Positions 19,501-29,591 of a stretch of 64,000 bases of DNA are shown piece after piece. Each line of letters opens with the position of its first letter. Positions within the stretch are counted from its first letter, which is position 1. The notes under the pieces are model-generated. The model did not search any database. It saw nothing but the letters and a program-made list of their open reading frames with translations, and had not been told where the DNA came from. The position numbers were made by a program, and so were the translations under genes. This stretch comes from a virus: IMG/VR virus record IMGVR_UViG_3300028030_000011, positions 12,294 to 76,293 of that record; one strand, 5' to 3'.

Positions 19501-22500
19501 GCTAATTGTTCATCTTCTACTGTATATACACCATCTTTAGGAAGGAATAATTTATATATATCTTTACCATGCTGCTGTTTTAACTCTTTCATCATATCTG
19601 TTATTTGATTAACAAATATATTTGCGTCTTTTAATGCACCATCAAAAATATTATGAACTAACTCATGCACATATACTTCTTGTGCTGACATGCTCATATT
19701 GTCACTACCTTGGTTAGCAATAGCTATTTTAGCAACATTCGAACCACTTGCACTACCGTAACTCATACTATCTGTTTTACCTACTGCAACTACAATTGTT
19801 TCCATTACAGGAGCTATAATACTACTTAAAACATTTGATAGTTTATTGCTGTATTCAGAGCTAATTACATCATTTGACCATTGTTTTATTTTCTCAAATG
19901 ATTTAATTATATTCTCTTTATTTACTTTAAATGTAAAATATGGTTTAAACTCTTCATTTGTATCAAGAGATTGTTTTGTGTTGTTAATCTCTTGTTTTGC
20001 TTTTTTAAGTTTCGTCAAATGACTATTCAATTTGGTCTTATCCAATTGAATAATCTCTATGCCACTATCCTTCATTATTTCATTAACAGCTCTAACTAAA
20101 GCATAGCCTGTTAGGCTTTCAAGTTTTCTAACAGGTATTTTATCAAATGCTTCTAATACATCTTCAAGCTCTATTTTTGATAATTCAGGATTAGAACCAT
20201 TCTTCATGAGATGCTCATAATTTAAATCATTAGCTGTCGTTTTAGTCTTAGGGGTGTAATTATTAATCTCATTATTAAGACCTGTCAATGATTCACTTTG
20301 ACCTAATTTTTCATTTGTCTCTTCTTTATATTTGTCATAAATTTTTTTATGCTCAGTAGTATCTATAGGTTTAAAATCATTTGATTCATTTTTGACATAT
20401 CTTTCGTCTACTCCAACAGAATGCTCAATTGTAGTTACAATGTCCTTTAATATGCGTCTGTTTAACTGATTCAATTCAATATGAAAATCAATAGATATAG
20501 GGTCAAAATATATGCTACCATTATCACCTACTTTTACAGTAGATAAAGTTCCTATCATCATTGAATCTATTTGCTTTTTCGATAATTTATCTTTATCTAA
20601 TGATTCGTAGAATCTAAATAATCTATCTGTAGCATATTCAGTATATGGTATTATTTTATTATCTACTTTCATATCATGAACAGATTTAGGCAACATTGCA
20701 TTTATATTTTCTTTAGTCCACTCATAATTGTTAAATGCTATTTTTGCATTTTTAAGAACTTCAACAAATGGTGAATATCCACTATCAATAAGTTTATTAA
20801 CACTTTTATTATATTGTTTAGCTCCACCTTCTGCTGATAGAACAGCATCAAAAATATACAATCCTATATTTTCTTGTGAAGTATTTTTGATAGTGTCTGC
20901 AAGTACACCAGAGTCAGTCATAAGAGTTGATAGAGCTGGTGTTCTTACTCCAATATCAATCCATGATGTAACTCCAATAGTTTGAGTAGACATCAAATGT
21001 CTATCCTTGCCTTTTGTAGCCACTTTGACTTGATAGTTTTTACCCTTTATAATATTGTTTATTTGGTCATTAAAACCTCTCTTCATTAACTCACCTTGTC
21101 TACCCTCAAAAGTGGTTAAAACAGGTGCTATCCCATCTTTAATGAGCTTATTTGTTATCTCATTGATTACTTGCTTAGAGATAAATCCATGTTCTTTATG
21201 ATATGCGTCTAATCGTCTAAAGAACTCATCTAAAAAATATTTATTTTGAAGATTAGATACTCTTTGAGTAATCTCTGTACCTTGCTTAAAAGGAGCTAGA
21301 ACTTTATTTATAGAATCAGTAATCACTTTACCTAAAGTGTTTCTATAATTAGTTCTTAATGTAGCTAACTGTTTAGCAGTAAATTCAAAATCATTTAAAT
21401 TATAATTATATTTATTTGTATTTGTAGGATTCTCTAAACTATGTAACCTCTCATTGAGGTGGTTCATCAATTCTTGAATATTTTCATCATTAAATTGAGA
21501 CTCTTGTACTTTACCATTTATTGTAAGTTTAACCTCTTTCCCATTTGAATCTTTGTTAAAATTAACAATTGATTGAACCATCTGAACGACTAATTGTATC
21601 TCTTGCTTTGTTGATTTACCATTAGCAATATCTTCTATTTTAGTATAAAAATCATCTATCATTTCATCAAATTTACTGTCCTGAATAGACTTGTCACCAG
21701 CTGTATATCCTTTAGCAATTATAGGTGTTTTAAAGAAGTTTCTAGCTTGTCTAAGAGCTTCTGACCCTTTAGATAATGTATCAGATACAACCCATGATTC
21801 TAGCATAGGCTTAAAAAAGTTATTGAATAGATTATATCTAGCTACTTTAGCATAGTATGCATTCTTTTCGTTAACTGTCTTTAATTCTTTCTTTGGTGGC
21901 TCAGGCTTACGATTATGCTCATAATCATTATCTTTATCCTGCAATCTATTGTGCATTTCAATACCTGATTCTTCATAGTTATCAAGACCTACATAGTCAG
22001 TATTTTTTGTTGTGTCAGTTTGGTTCGTATAGATACCACCTTTATGAAGCATTTCAACAGATTTGCTATCTAATGGATTGAAATAGAATATTGATTGTAA
22101 AGTCGAACCACTCTGTTTTGCATCAGTCTCTTTTTCAAGTGTAGTTTCAAATATATCACCTTTTTTATTTACAAACTTTTTAAGTTCTACCAATCCTTGA
22201 AGAGTATATGCTCCTTCTCCATATTTTTGAACCAGTTCAATAGGAGGATATATAGACTTATCATTGAGATATGACATTAGTTCACTATCTAATAACAACT
22301 TACCAAACTCTTCTAGTATTTCATCAGGCTTCATATTCTCAGATTTCATTCCAAATGAATCAAGAATAGCTGATTTCCATATTAGCATTCTACCTTCATC
22401 TTTAATATCAACAGTTCTTTTAGAGTTGATATTATGAGTCAAAAATCTATGTAATTTATTTGACTGAGGGTTAATCAGTTCAGCTACCAAATGCATTCTC

Positions 22501-25500
22501 TCTTCACTAGCTCTCTTATATTTGTAATACATAGGTGTATTACCTATTGTTTCTATTACCTCCATAAGAGTATCTATTGAATCATCTATTTGTAGATTCT
22601 TACCTTTAATAGAAGCATGTTTAGATGTATGTGAATATATTCCAGCAGTATTAGCAAATTTAAAATCATATCCCATAATAGTTCTAAGATAGTCTCTAAA
22701 CTCTTTTTCTCCTAACTCTTGATATAAATCAATTATCTCTTGCTTTATCTGTCTGGGTGCTTGTTGTTGCTTATTTATAGCCTCATCTTTTACTATTTCG
22801 TGTGGAGTGGTTCTCTCTTCTGGTAAATGCATTCTGAACACTTTTTTAAGTACAGCCTTACCTTTACCTCTAATTGGAGATTTATCATTTGCACGAAGGA
22901 AATTTACTCTTTTATTGCTATCTGTACTGTATGGTATAGCTCTATACGCATTAAACTCTTTCATTGTCATTGAGAACTGTTCTACATTAGCTAAATTAGA
23001 TGTTCTAAGCAAATGAGTAGCAAGTAGTGCTATAGCACTACCAAATCTCTCTTTTGCTAATGGGTTATTAGATTGGAGAGAGATATATTCATTCATAAGA
23101 TTTGACATTGAAGAGATAATATTGGATTGTAATTTACCATATTTAAATCTACTTTTCATGGCTACAGTCACATCATGTTCAGAGTTTAAACCAAGAAGTG
23201 TAGCTATATCTTCATCAGTATTCTCATTGAACATCTCTCCACCTTGATTCATCATCCCATCAATGGCTACAAATGTAACAAGATTAACAAGAGTATTTTC
23301 ATCTAATCCATTTAACATTTCATTGTATTTATCAGAATCTTCTTTATTGAAATCCATGGCAAATATCTCACCTCTATCAGATATGTTTTGAACCAGTTCT
23401 CTAGCTTGTTTTATTAGGGGTCTAACAATATTGTTAAAATATTGAATCTCCTTATCTTTTGTAGAATAATCATTACCTTGTGTACCTTCAATACTTTGAG
23501 ATATTAAATCCCATGTCTCAAAGGCTTTCATTAAACCAAATTTCACCCCTTTAGGTAATTTCATTTTTTGTAATTTATTATAGAAGCCTTTATCTATTGT
23601 ATTTATCTTGGCAATAAATCCATCTGTTAATTTACCTGTAGCTTTTAGCTTCTTCTTGTACTCTGACATCAAAACATTTATATTTTGTTTTCTTGATACT
23701 TCATTGGTTCTATATTGTTTAGATTTTACTTGTAATTCAATTAAAGCACTAAGCTCTTTATTTAAAGAATCAAGTTCTTTTTGAATCTGTTCTTTATTTT
23801 TGAAAAGTTTTGTAATCAGAGAGTTAATCTCTTTTACAAATTGTTTTATTTTTTCAACAATTACTTCTCTTAGTGATGGAAGAATTTCAGATTTCTTATC
23901 TTTATTTAATTTAGATTTTTTACCTTTTTTAAACTTTTTAGTATTCTCTATCCTTTTATTAATGGTTTCTAAATCTTTTTCTAATTTAGCTATTTTTTTC
24001 TTTTTATCATTTATCTCTTTTTGTACCCCTTTATATCTCTTTTTCCATTTACCATCTTTAGTTTGGTATATTCCATCAAGTTTAGCTTGTAGCTCATCAA
24101 TTTTTCTTTCAAGTCTACTAGCTCTTTTATCTTCTTTTACAGGTGTAAGCTCTTTCTTTTTAGTGTTAAAAGATTTCTTTAACTCATTAGCATATTGATT
24201 AGCTAATTTTCTATTTTGTAAATCTTGTAAACCTTTAGCAAATGCATCTTTAGCTTCATCTATAGTAGATGCTTTCTCTATATTAGAGATATGTGAACCA
24301 ACTACTTTTTTATCTTCTTTTATTTGCTTATCTTCTTTAGTATCTTGTTGAGATGGTTCATTAGTTATAGATGTTTCGCTTGGTATTCCACCCCTACTTT
24401 TTAAAAAGTTATTATAGCTCTCATTGACAGCTTTAGCTTCTCTCTCTATTCTATCGACTAATTTAACACTACCATTGTGATTAGCATCTACATACTCTTC
24501 TGTACCAAGACTATTTACTCCAAGAGAAACTCTTTTGCCTGTCGCTCTAGATTCTACAAGTGCTTGTTTGAATCTTATAGCCTTATCATTCATTTGACCA
24601 ACAAATCTTTTGTATCCAGACTCTTCTATTTGTTTTGGTGTAGCATCAGATAGTCTTGACTCCCATTGGGAAATACCTACATTATTATTATCACCAGTAA
24701 ATATCTCTTTAGAGACTTGATATTTATCTTTTACTTGATTATACTCTTTAGATTTATCAATTTGTTCCTGAACACTTTTATCTTCTGTTCTGATAGTATC
24801 AACATTAGGCATATCCATAAAAGCACTAATATTGGCACTTTCATTATCACTAATAGAGTTTTTAGTTATTGGATTATTATCTACTACACTTTTAAGAGAT
24901 GCTTTAGCTGTTTGTATAGAATCAAGTACTTGTTTGATATTTAGGATATTGTCTATATCTTGTAGTGTATAGCCTTTATCTTTTAAAGATTTTGGAACTT
25001 TAGGATTCTCTTTATCGTATAAAGCATCATACTCTTCATCAGTTATAACATTTTGAATTTCATTTGAAATGTTATCAATCTCTTTAACAGCATCTTTACC
25101 AATCTTATCATGAAACTCTTTTTCAAGATTATCTACTTCATTATACGAGTTAGATGCATCTTCAACAGTTTTAACTTCTTTGCCCATTACTTGATGATAA
25201 TTAGGCATCTTGCTTTGTACTGTATGATATGCTCTCTTCGTATCTATCTTCTTTGCAGTATCTTGTTTAGGTGGTTCATTTACTACTGTAGTCTCTTGTT
25301 GTGTAGAAGGCTCTGTTGTTGGTGTTTGTGGTTCAGGATACTCATTGGTTGCATTAGGTGTTACAGGCTCTGTATTAGATTGCTTTGTCTTAAAATTATC
25401 TCTAGCTCTTGTAAGTGTCTGTAGCAACTCTTCTTTTGATAATTTACTTAAAGACATTTTAGTAATTGTACCAGTATTTCTAATAATAGGACTATTGTCT

Positions 25501-27461
25501 ATAATAGTTTGTATTTTGTCTCTATCATTGGTTTTATCAATTATACGGATTAGATTATCAAATTCAAGCTCTCCATCAATATCTTTAAATTTGACTTCTC
25601 GTTTGGCTACTCCACCATCAGGAGTAGGTTCATTTTGAGACATCGTTGTTTTCTTATTTATAGATGTCCTTAAATCAGACGATAATACATTTCCAAGTCT
25701 ATTAAACTCATCTTCTTTAGTTGGTTCAGGCTCTGTAGTGGCTTTTGAACCATCTGTAGAAGGAGTATCATTAGGAGATGGTTCATTATCTTTACCAAAG
25801 AACGGTGTTCCATCGTCATTAGTTGAAATAGACTCATAAAATCTAGCTCTCTCTTTAGCATCTGCTTCATCTTTAATAGCTTGTTGCTCTTTTTGGTACG
25901 CTCTATCCTCCCCTAATCTTCTAGTAGTATCAGGAAGTGAATGTACACTACTCATACCAGCACCAATACTTAGACCTGCTAAAGCACCTTTCAGTACAGT
26001 ATCAATAGTCTTTTGGTCTTTAGGGAAGTTATTGCCAAATGCATCAGTACCAAGAGTTGTAGCCAATAACTCTCCATAAGTTTGAACAGCTTCTGTAGAA
26101 CCCTCCCATGCTCCACCTGTAGCTGCTCTTTTTGATAAATCAATGGCTGATGTAAGCATCTCAGTAGTTAATGCTCTTTGAGCTGTAGGAGATGAACCAG
26201 CTAGTAACTTCTTAATATTATCAATATTAGATGCACCTGCTTTACCTTTTATTATACTTTGAAATGCAAGTCTATCTAATGCATTCTTAGCCAATAAGAA
26301 AGTAAATGTATTTATAGCACTACCAGATGTTTCTCCATCAAGATTATTCTTAGCTCTTTCTTCTAATGCTGTATTCGTCTCTCCAAGAGTATATGATAAT
26401 AGACCACCATTCTTTAACGCTAAACCTTTAGCACCTTCAAGCATAGCTTTTGTCTTTTCTATTCCTTGAAGTAATTCAGAACCACCATTCACCAATCCTT
26501 TAGATGCATTAAGCAATGCTCCAGATTCACCTACAGGAGTCATCATTAAAGCCATATCTCCAGCACTCTCAGAGAATAATGCATCAGCTTGTTTAAACGC
26601 TTCCCATGCTGCTTTAGCATATTTCATTTTATGAGAGTTCTTTGAGTTCCAACCAATCTTTAAATTATGTAATCCCTCATCAAGTGCTATATTTGATTCG
26701 GTATCATCATAGCTATTTAGTCTATTTGAATACTCTTTATCTTTTAGCTTATTGAAGTATGTGCTGTCTCCAAGATATAATGCATCTCCTTTTTTACTCC
26801 CTAGTGCAGTATCAATTAATGCTGATGTAGTATCTAATGCAAAATCTCCAATTGATGAACTAGCTCTACCAAGTGATGCGTAAGCACCTTTTAGGTCATT
26901 CCATGGTCTTCCGAGAAAACCTAACCCATCATCTGTAGCATCATTGTTATACTCTTTTAAAGCTTCTAGCTCTTTAGCTCTATCATCTTCACCAAGAGCA
27001 TATAATTTTTCTATCTCCTTATTGGCTAATTCTTGACGTTTTCTATCGTATTTATTTGAAGATACAGCTTTACCACTAGCAATAGACAAATCAGCTAATT
27101 CAGGTATATCAACAAGTAATCTACCATACTTATCTCTTTTTCCTGTATAGTTATTGTATATATCTTTTGCTGTTATTTTGCCAGTATTAATCATCATCTC
27201 TAACATACTACTACCAGTAGTATTGTCAGGTGTTATACCAGATTCATTTTCTAATTCTTGTGCTTTTTTTGAATCAATTGTTTCTAATGAATCATAACCC
27301 TTGAATCTAAAAATTCTACCTGTTATATTATCCTTTACAGTATCACCATCAATGACTTCTAATGTATTGTCTTTTACGCCAAGAGACTCATCAATTCTGT
27401 CATCAGTAGATGAACCAAGTTTTTGTAACATTTCATCAAATTTATCTAAAGATTGTGGCAT
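16581..27461 (-). CDS. virion-encapsidated RNA polymerase (N4 gp50-like)
   Basis: 3626 aa, no Cys seen; motifs ETDAKQSG (A), RNFFKTPIIAKGY (B), YIFDAV (C); HELVH zincin-like motif; N-terminal nuclease-like segment. Confidence 0.9.
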   Translation of the reverse strand: MPQSLDKFDEMLQKLGSSTDDRIDESLGVKDNTLEVIDGDTVKDNITGRIFRFKGYDSLETIDSKKAQELENESGITPDNTTGSSMLEMMINTGKITAKDIYNNYTGKRDKYGRLLVDIPELADLSIASGKAVSSNKYDRKRQELANKEIEKLYALGEDDRAKELEALKEYNNDATDDGLGFLGRPWNDLKGAYASLGRASSSIGDFALDTTSALIDTALGSKKGDALYLGDSTYFNKLKDKEYSNRLNSYDDTESNIALDEGLHNLKIGWNSKNSHKMKYAKAAWEAFKQADALFSESAGDMALMMTPVGESGALLNASKGLVNGGSELLQGIEKTKAMLEGAKGLALKNGGLLSYTLGETNTALEERAKNNLDGETSGSAINTFTFLLAKNALDRLAFQSIIKGKAGASNIDNIKKLLAGSSPTAQRALTTEMLTSAIDLSKRAATGGAWEGSTEAVQTYGELLATTLGTDAFGNNFPKDQKTIDTVLKGALAGLSIGAGMSSVHSLPDTTRRLGEDRAYQKEQQAIKDEADAKERARFYESISTNDDGTPFFGKDNEPSPNDTPSTDGSKATTEPEPTKEDEFNRLGNVLSSDLRTSINKKTTMSQNEPTPDGGVAKREVKFKDIDGELEFDNLIRIIDKTNDRDKIQTIIDNSPIIRNTGTITKMSLSKLSKEELLQTLTRARDNFKTKQSNTEPVTPNATNEYPEPQTPTTEPSTQQETTVVNEPPKQDTAKKIDTKRAYHTVQSKMPNYHQVMGKEVKTVEDASNSYNEVDNLEKEFHDKIGKDAVKEIDNISNEIQNVITDEEYDALYDKENPKVPKSLKDKGYTLQDIDNILNIKQVLDSIQTAKASLKSVVDNNPITKNSISDNESANISAFMDMPNVDTIRTEDKSVQEQIDKSKEYNQVKDKYQVSKEIFTGDNNNVGISQWESRLSDATPKQIEESGYKRFVGQMNDKAIRFKQALVESRATGKRVSLGVNSLGTEEYVDANHNGSVKLVDRIEREAKAVNESYNNFLKSRGGIPSETSITNEPSQQDTKEDKQIKEDKKVVGSHISNIEKASTIDEAKDAFAKGLQDLQNRKLANQYANELKKSFNTKKKELTPVKEDKRASRLERKIDELQAKLDGIYQTKDGKWKKRYKGVQKEINDKKKKIAKLEKDLETINKRIENTKKFKKGKKSKLNKDKKSEILPSLREVIVEKIKQFVKEINSLITKLFKNKEQIQKELDSLNKELSALIELQVKSKQYRTNEVSRKQNINVLMSEYKKKLKATGKLTDGFIAKINTIDKGFYNKLQKMKLPKGVKFGLMKAFETWDLISQSIEGTQGNDYSTKDKEIQYFNNIVRPLIKQARELVQNISDRGEIFAMDFNKEDSDKYNEMLNGLDENTLVNLVTFVAIDGMMNQGGEMFNENTDEDIATLLGLNSEHDVTVAMKSRFKYGKLQSNIISSMSNLMNEYISLQSNNPLAKERFGSAIALLATHLLRTSNLANVEQFSMTMKEFNAYRAIPYSTDSNKRVNFLRANDKSPIRGKGKAVLKKVFRMHLPEERTTPHEIVKDEAINKQQQAPRQIKQEIIDLYQELGEKEFRDYLRTIMGYDFKFANTAGIYSHTSKHASIKGKNLQIDDSIDTLMEVIETIGNTPMYYKYKRASEERMHLVAELINPQSNKLHRFLTHNINSKRTVDIKDEGRMLIWKSAILDSFGMKSENMKPDEILEEFGKLLLDSELMSYLNDKSIYPPIELVQKYGEGAYTLQGLVELKKFVNKKGDIFETTLEKETDAKQSGSTLQSIFYFNPLDSKSVEMLHKGGIYTNQTDTTKNTDYVGLDNYEESGIEMHNRLQDKDNDYEHNRKPEPPKKELKTVNEKNAYYAKVARYNLFNNFFKPMLESWVVSDTLSKGSEALRQARNFFKTPIIAKGYTAGDKSIQDSKFDEMIDDFYTKIEDIANGKSTKQEIQLVVQMVQSIVNFNKDSNGKEVKLTINGKVQESQFNDENIQELMNHLNERLHSLENPTNTNKYNYNLNDFEFTAKQLATLRTNYRNTLGKVITDSINKVLAPFKQGTEITQRVSNLQNKYFLDEFFRRLDAYHKEHGFISKQVINEITNKLIKDGIAPVLTTFEGRQGELMKRGFNDQINNIIKGKNYQVKVATKGKDRHLMSTQTIGVTSWIDIGVRTPALSTLMTDSGVLADTIKNTSQENIGLYIFDAVLSAEGGAKQYNKSVNKLIDSGYSPFVEVLKNAKIAFNNYEWTKENINAMLPKSVHDMKVDNKIIPYTEYATDRLFRFYESLDKDKLSKKQIDSMMIGTLSTVKVGDNGSIYFDPISIDFHIELNQLNRRILKDIVTTIEHSVGVDERYVKNESNDFKPIDTTEHKKIYDKYKEETNEKLGQSESLTGLNNEINNYTPKTKTTANDLNYEHLMKNGSNPELSKIELEDVLEAFDKIPVRKLESLTGYALVRAVNEIMKDSGIEIIQLDKTKLNSHLTKLKKAKQEINNTKQSLDTNEEFKPYFTFKVNKENIIKSFEKIKQWSNDVISSEYSNKLSNVLSSIIAPVMETIVVAVGKTDSMSYGSASGSNVAKIAIANQGSDNMSMSAQEVYVHELVHNIFDGALKDANIFVNQITDMMKELKQQHGKDIYKLFLPKDGVYTVEDEQLAKRMAKHVFGGKGDVSEFAAYGLTNKNFMNNLSGMNTILNKGNGSILSNLVNIVTSSLKKLTMLLTNGRIDLDMQSKLQTLVKQSVGITIENENKVFNGVYKALRFAGDKYNENIKPNVNKLAFFYHSKTLKIRSDLIKDNKSSVFHIIEYMSKDSDSLKRNISKFIVGDTKTIAKVLAIMAMNNIPFSKKEFGYAIGDIISKGIDSMSKARIDKEGFLNNIVDELQVLGDNIFKTAKDTSIEVQELRNSIKEVDIVREKLRTNTHEFINEKIQYMGLNEYEKSLLGNLLNSSKVGNLLDVGYSIDQILSLIENPNEEIRRLEKLVPKKSIPHIKKLVKYRLTHDENTKFRNIHVIATRFDFSKKNEMTALASLLGIKNYKKEFLSKVTKDKNAFHDLMIMTNSYEREMLEQFYHDNPDLVQDGLAIQNSSKVNSVVNILDSNKDEIKRVRELGGERIKIIKNPFSPGNIHVYSLTPEMNSYTRGALVYGEKSVSQDIDKLYFELYGRARPNFVKIHNTEYVFNRNGSRYDYDPLSFEEKKKYLKYSYNIADIYANQRARGFEKQKAKEVNIRVIDSIVRLGLEDNETVDKFVDKTDNKEWIKISAPFASKGFENKVSEYDDIWYMLPQDTRDYIVDKYKGRFYIPANGNTKNIFLGSRDSSISSIFNDIPTMKKVAKFAEDFWKELMGLWKATVIIKYPLTLLSNFVSNLFLTKSKGYSLRDIYAKQKEGLLYLNDYMRTDDLLKQEELKRDSGLLYDEELITDLQSRLNQNKIRSLIDDGLLSARIEDITINKAFESLKPIRDAIDKVEEILPEKVVKIGRELYLAEDTNYFKLMYHFTQASDFTARYAQIELEKENNTNKSYQQIYDEALDDFVQYDIPLGKAVRWADQVAWFPFIKYYLRMQKVMSRLLRENPKTVLAIEAFEKVVYDIATPFENYWLLMTPDEKMRNPFGNIEDLIIPAPVHIINDML

Positions 27462-28891
27462 TATTTTATCCCTTTTATAATATCTTCCAATTTTCTTCTA
27501 TCTTTCTTATCTAAATCCATTTTATTCATAGCATCATTTATTTTTTTGATATTTTTTTCTCTATCTCTTATTCCTTTTTCCTGCTTTTTTAAATTGGCTA
27601 CTTTTTCAGAAGTTTTCATATTTTTATAATCATATATTGCATTAGCAACGATTCCTTTATCATCAGGCGTATTTGCACCAAGAAGTTTCATTATTTGAGC
27701 TATGTTTGGTTTTCTATTTTCTTGTTTAAATTGAGGTAAATCTTTTGTATTTTTAATGGCATTTTTCACGTATGCTTCATAATCTTTATCAGCTTCATCT
27801 CTATATAACGCTTCAATTTCATTTTTCATAGACCATTGTGTTTGAAATTTATTTGTTGTTACAACTTTACCTTTTCTCATTTTATCTATTTTATTTTTTA
27901 GGAATTTATTCTTTGGTAAAATAACTTTATTATCAACAAGCCATTTCTGTCTCTCTTTATATGATGTAGGAACATTAGTTTCAACTCCATGAGTGTATAG
28001 TAGTTTTGCTAAACCAGCTATTGAATCAGCTTTAGCCTTTCTGTCGCCTTTACTATTTTTATTATTGATATTCATATCTTTATTATATTGAAGCATCCCA
28101 TCAGTAAAAGGTTGAGAATCTTTTGGTTTAACAGTACCATTACTATTTGTGATAACATCTTTTGAGGTGAATCCATATTTTAAATAACTTCCTGAACGAG
28201 ATAAAGCATTTAGTCTACTATTAATATCTTCACTCTTTGCACCTAACTCTTCTCTCAATTTAAGTGCTTCTTCTCCTGTAACCTCTCCATTTTCATAAGC
28301 TATTTTAGCTCTATTTGTTCTTTCAATAACATCCTTTAATTCATTTTTTAATTGCAATTCTTCTGCTAAATTATCAGCTTGTTTACTTTTAATAGGAAGT
28401 ATTTTATCACTTAGTTTACGTTCATTACTTTTTATTATTGATTTATCAGAAGAGTAATTTGCTTCATTCTGTTTAATCTCAACATCTAAAGGATTTGTTT
28501 TTTCAAGTTGATTATATTTTTGAATCCCTGTATATAATTTATTTTTTTTGATTCTAACATCTAAAGGATTTGTCAATTCTGCTTGGTCTATTATTTGCCT
28601 CTCCCTCTCAGCTTTTAACGCATCCATTTTAGCTTTAGCAATTCTAGCATCATTATTAATTGAGAATTGCAACAATGACTTTCTGTCAACTTGACCATTT
28701 ACGTTAACATGTTTACCTGCTCTTATTTGCTCCATTGCATCAATAGTATTTGACTCTATCTCTCTATCATATATATCTTTTAGTGTAGAACTTACACCTG
28801 CTGTTGCTTTAGTAAATTGATTTATAGCACCTGTTATATCACTTCTGACATTGCTATTAACATTGCTCCATCTTATTGGATTTCTAGGCAT
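27461..28891 (-). CDS. internal virion/ejection protein (N4 gp51 position)
   Basis: Directly upstream of vRNAP; PIRWSNV N-terminus; no Cys seen. Confidence 0.6.
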   Translation of the reverse strand: MPRNPIRWSNVNSNVRSDITGAINQFTKATAGVSSTLKDIYDREIESNTIDAMEQIRAGKHVNVNGQVDRKSLLQFSINNDARIAKAKMDALKAERERQIIDQAELTNPLDVRIKKNKLYTGIQKYNQLEKTNPLDVEIKQNEANYSSDKSIIKSNERKLSDKILPIKSKQADNLAEELQLKNELKDVIERTNRAKIAYENGEVTGEEALKLREELGAKSEDINSRLNALSRSGSYLKYGFTSKDVITNSNGTVKPKDSQPFTDGMLQYNKDMNINNKNSKGDRKAKADSIAGLAKLLYTHGVETNVPTSYKERQKWLVDNKVILPKNKFLKNKIDKMRKGKVVTTNKFQTQWSMKNEIEALYRDEADKDYEAYVKNAIKNTKDLPQFKQENRKPNIAQIMKLLGANTPDDKGIVANAIYDYKNMKTSEKVANLKKQEKGIRDREKNIKKINDAMNKMDLDKKDRRKLEDIIKGIK

Positions 28892-29091
28892 AACACATCC
28901 TTTAATGCTTAATTATTATCATTATAACACAAAGCTTCTATGATAATAAAAATAGCTATAATTTTAAGTCATATAGTAATAATTGTAGTGATATTTTTCC
29001 CTTTTTTAATAACTACAAAAATATTACTGTATGGCTTCTAATATTTTTTATGGTAATATGTAAATTAAATATATAAAAAGGTTATACAAAA

Positions 29092-29577
29092 ATGACAAGA
29101 GAAGATATAGAAAGAGAGCTGCAATCGTTATCATGGAATAAATTGAAAACTTATTGTAAAGACAATAACTTAGATATAAAAGGTCTTAAAAAAGAAGAGG
29201 TTATAAATCTAGCAGTAAGAAAAAGACTTGCTGATGTAGAAACATTAAATTCTGATAAAGCTACTGATATAGATGATGACAATCTGACTCCACTTCAAAA
29301 TATGACTTTAATGAAAACTGCTACTATTCAAAATCTAAATCCTTCTGATGCAAAATTACCATCAAAAGTAGTAACTGTTGGTAATATGGAATATGGATTC
29401 CCATTACCAAGTTATGTTGTTCAATTTGGTATGAAGCAGAGACTACCAAATGGTATTATTAAATATCTACAAAAACAAGAATACAGAAGTTCTAAAAGTG
29501 TAAGAAATAAACAAGGTGTACCTGTTACTGTTAATGTCATGAATCCATATTATCAAGTAATAATCCACCCTGAATAA
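29092..29577 (+). CDS. N4 gp55-like protein
   Basis: IQNLNP...VTVGN...VQFG pattern. Confidence 0.6.
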   Translation: MTREDIERELQSLSWNKLKTYCKDNNLDIKGLKKEEVINLAVRKRLADVETLNSDKATDIDDDNLTPLQNMTLMKTATIQNLNPSDAKLPSKVVTVGNMEYGFPLPSYVVQFGMKQRLPNGIIKYLQKQEYRSSKSVRNKQGVPVTVNVMNPYYQVIIHPE

Positions 29578-29591
29578 TAAGGATATAACTA

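Noticed and set aside
17011-25870. Many short ORFs inside vRNAP (and similar ones inside other genes)
   Set aside because: Antisense or alternate-frame shadows of long genes, with no RBS or motifs
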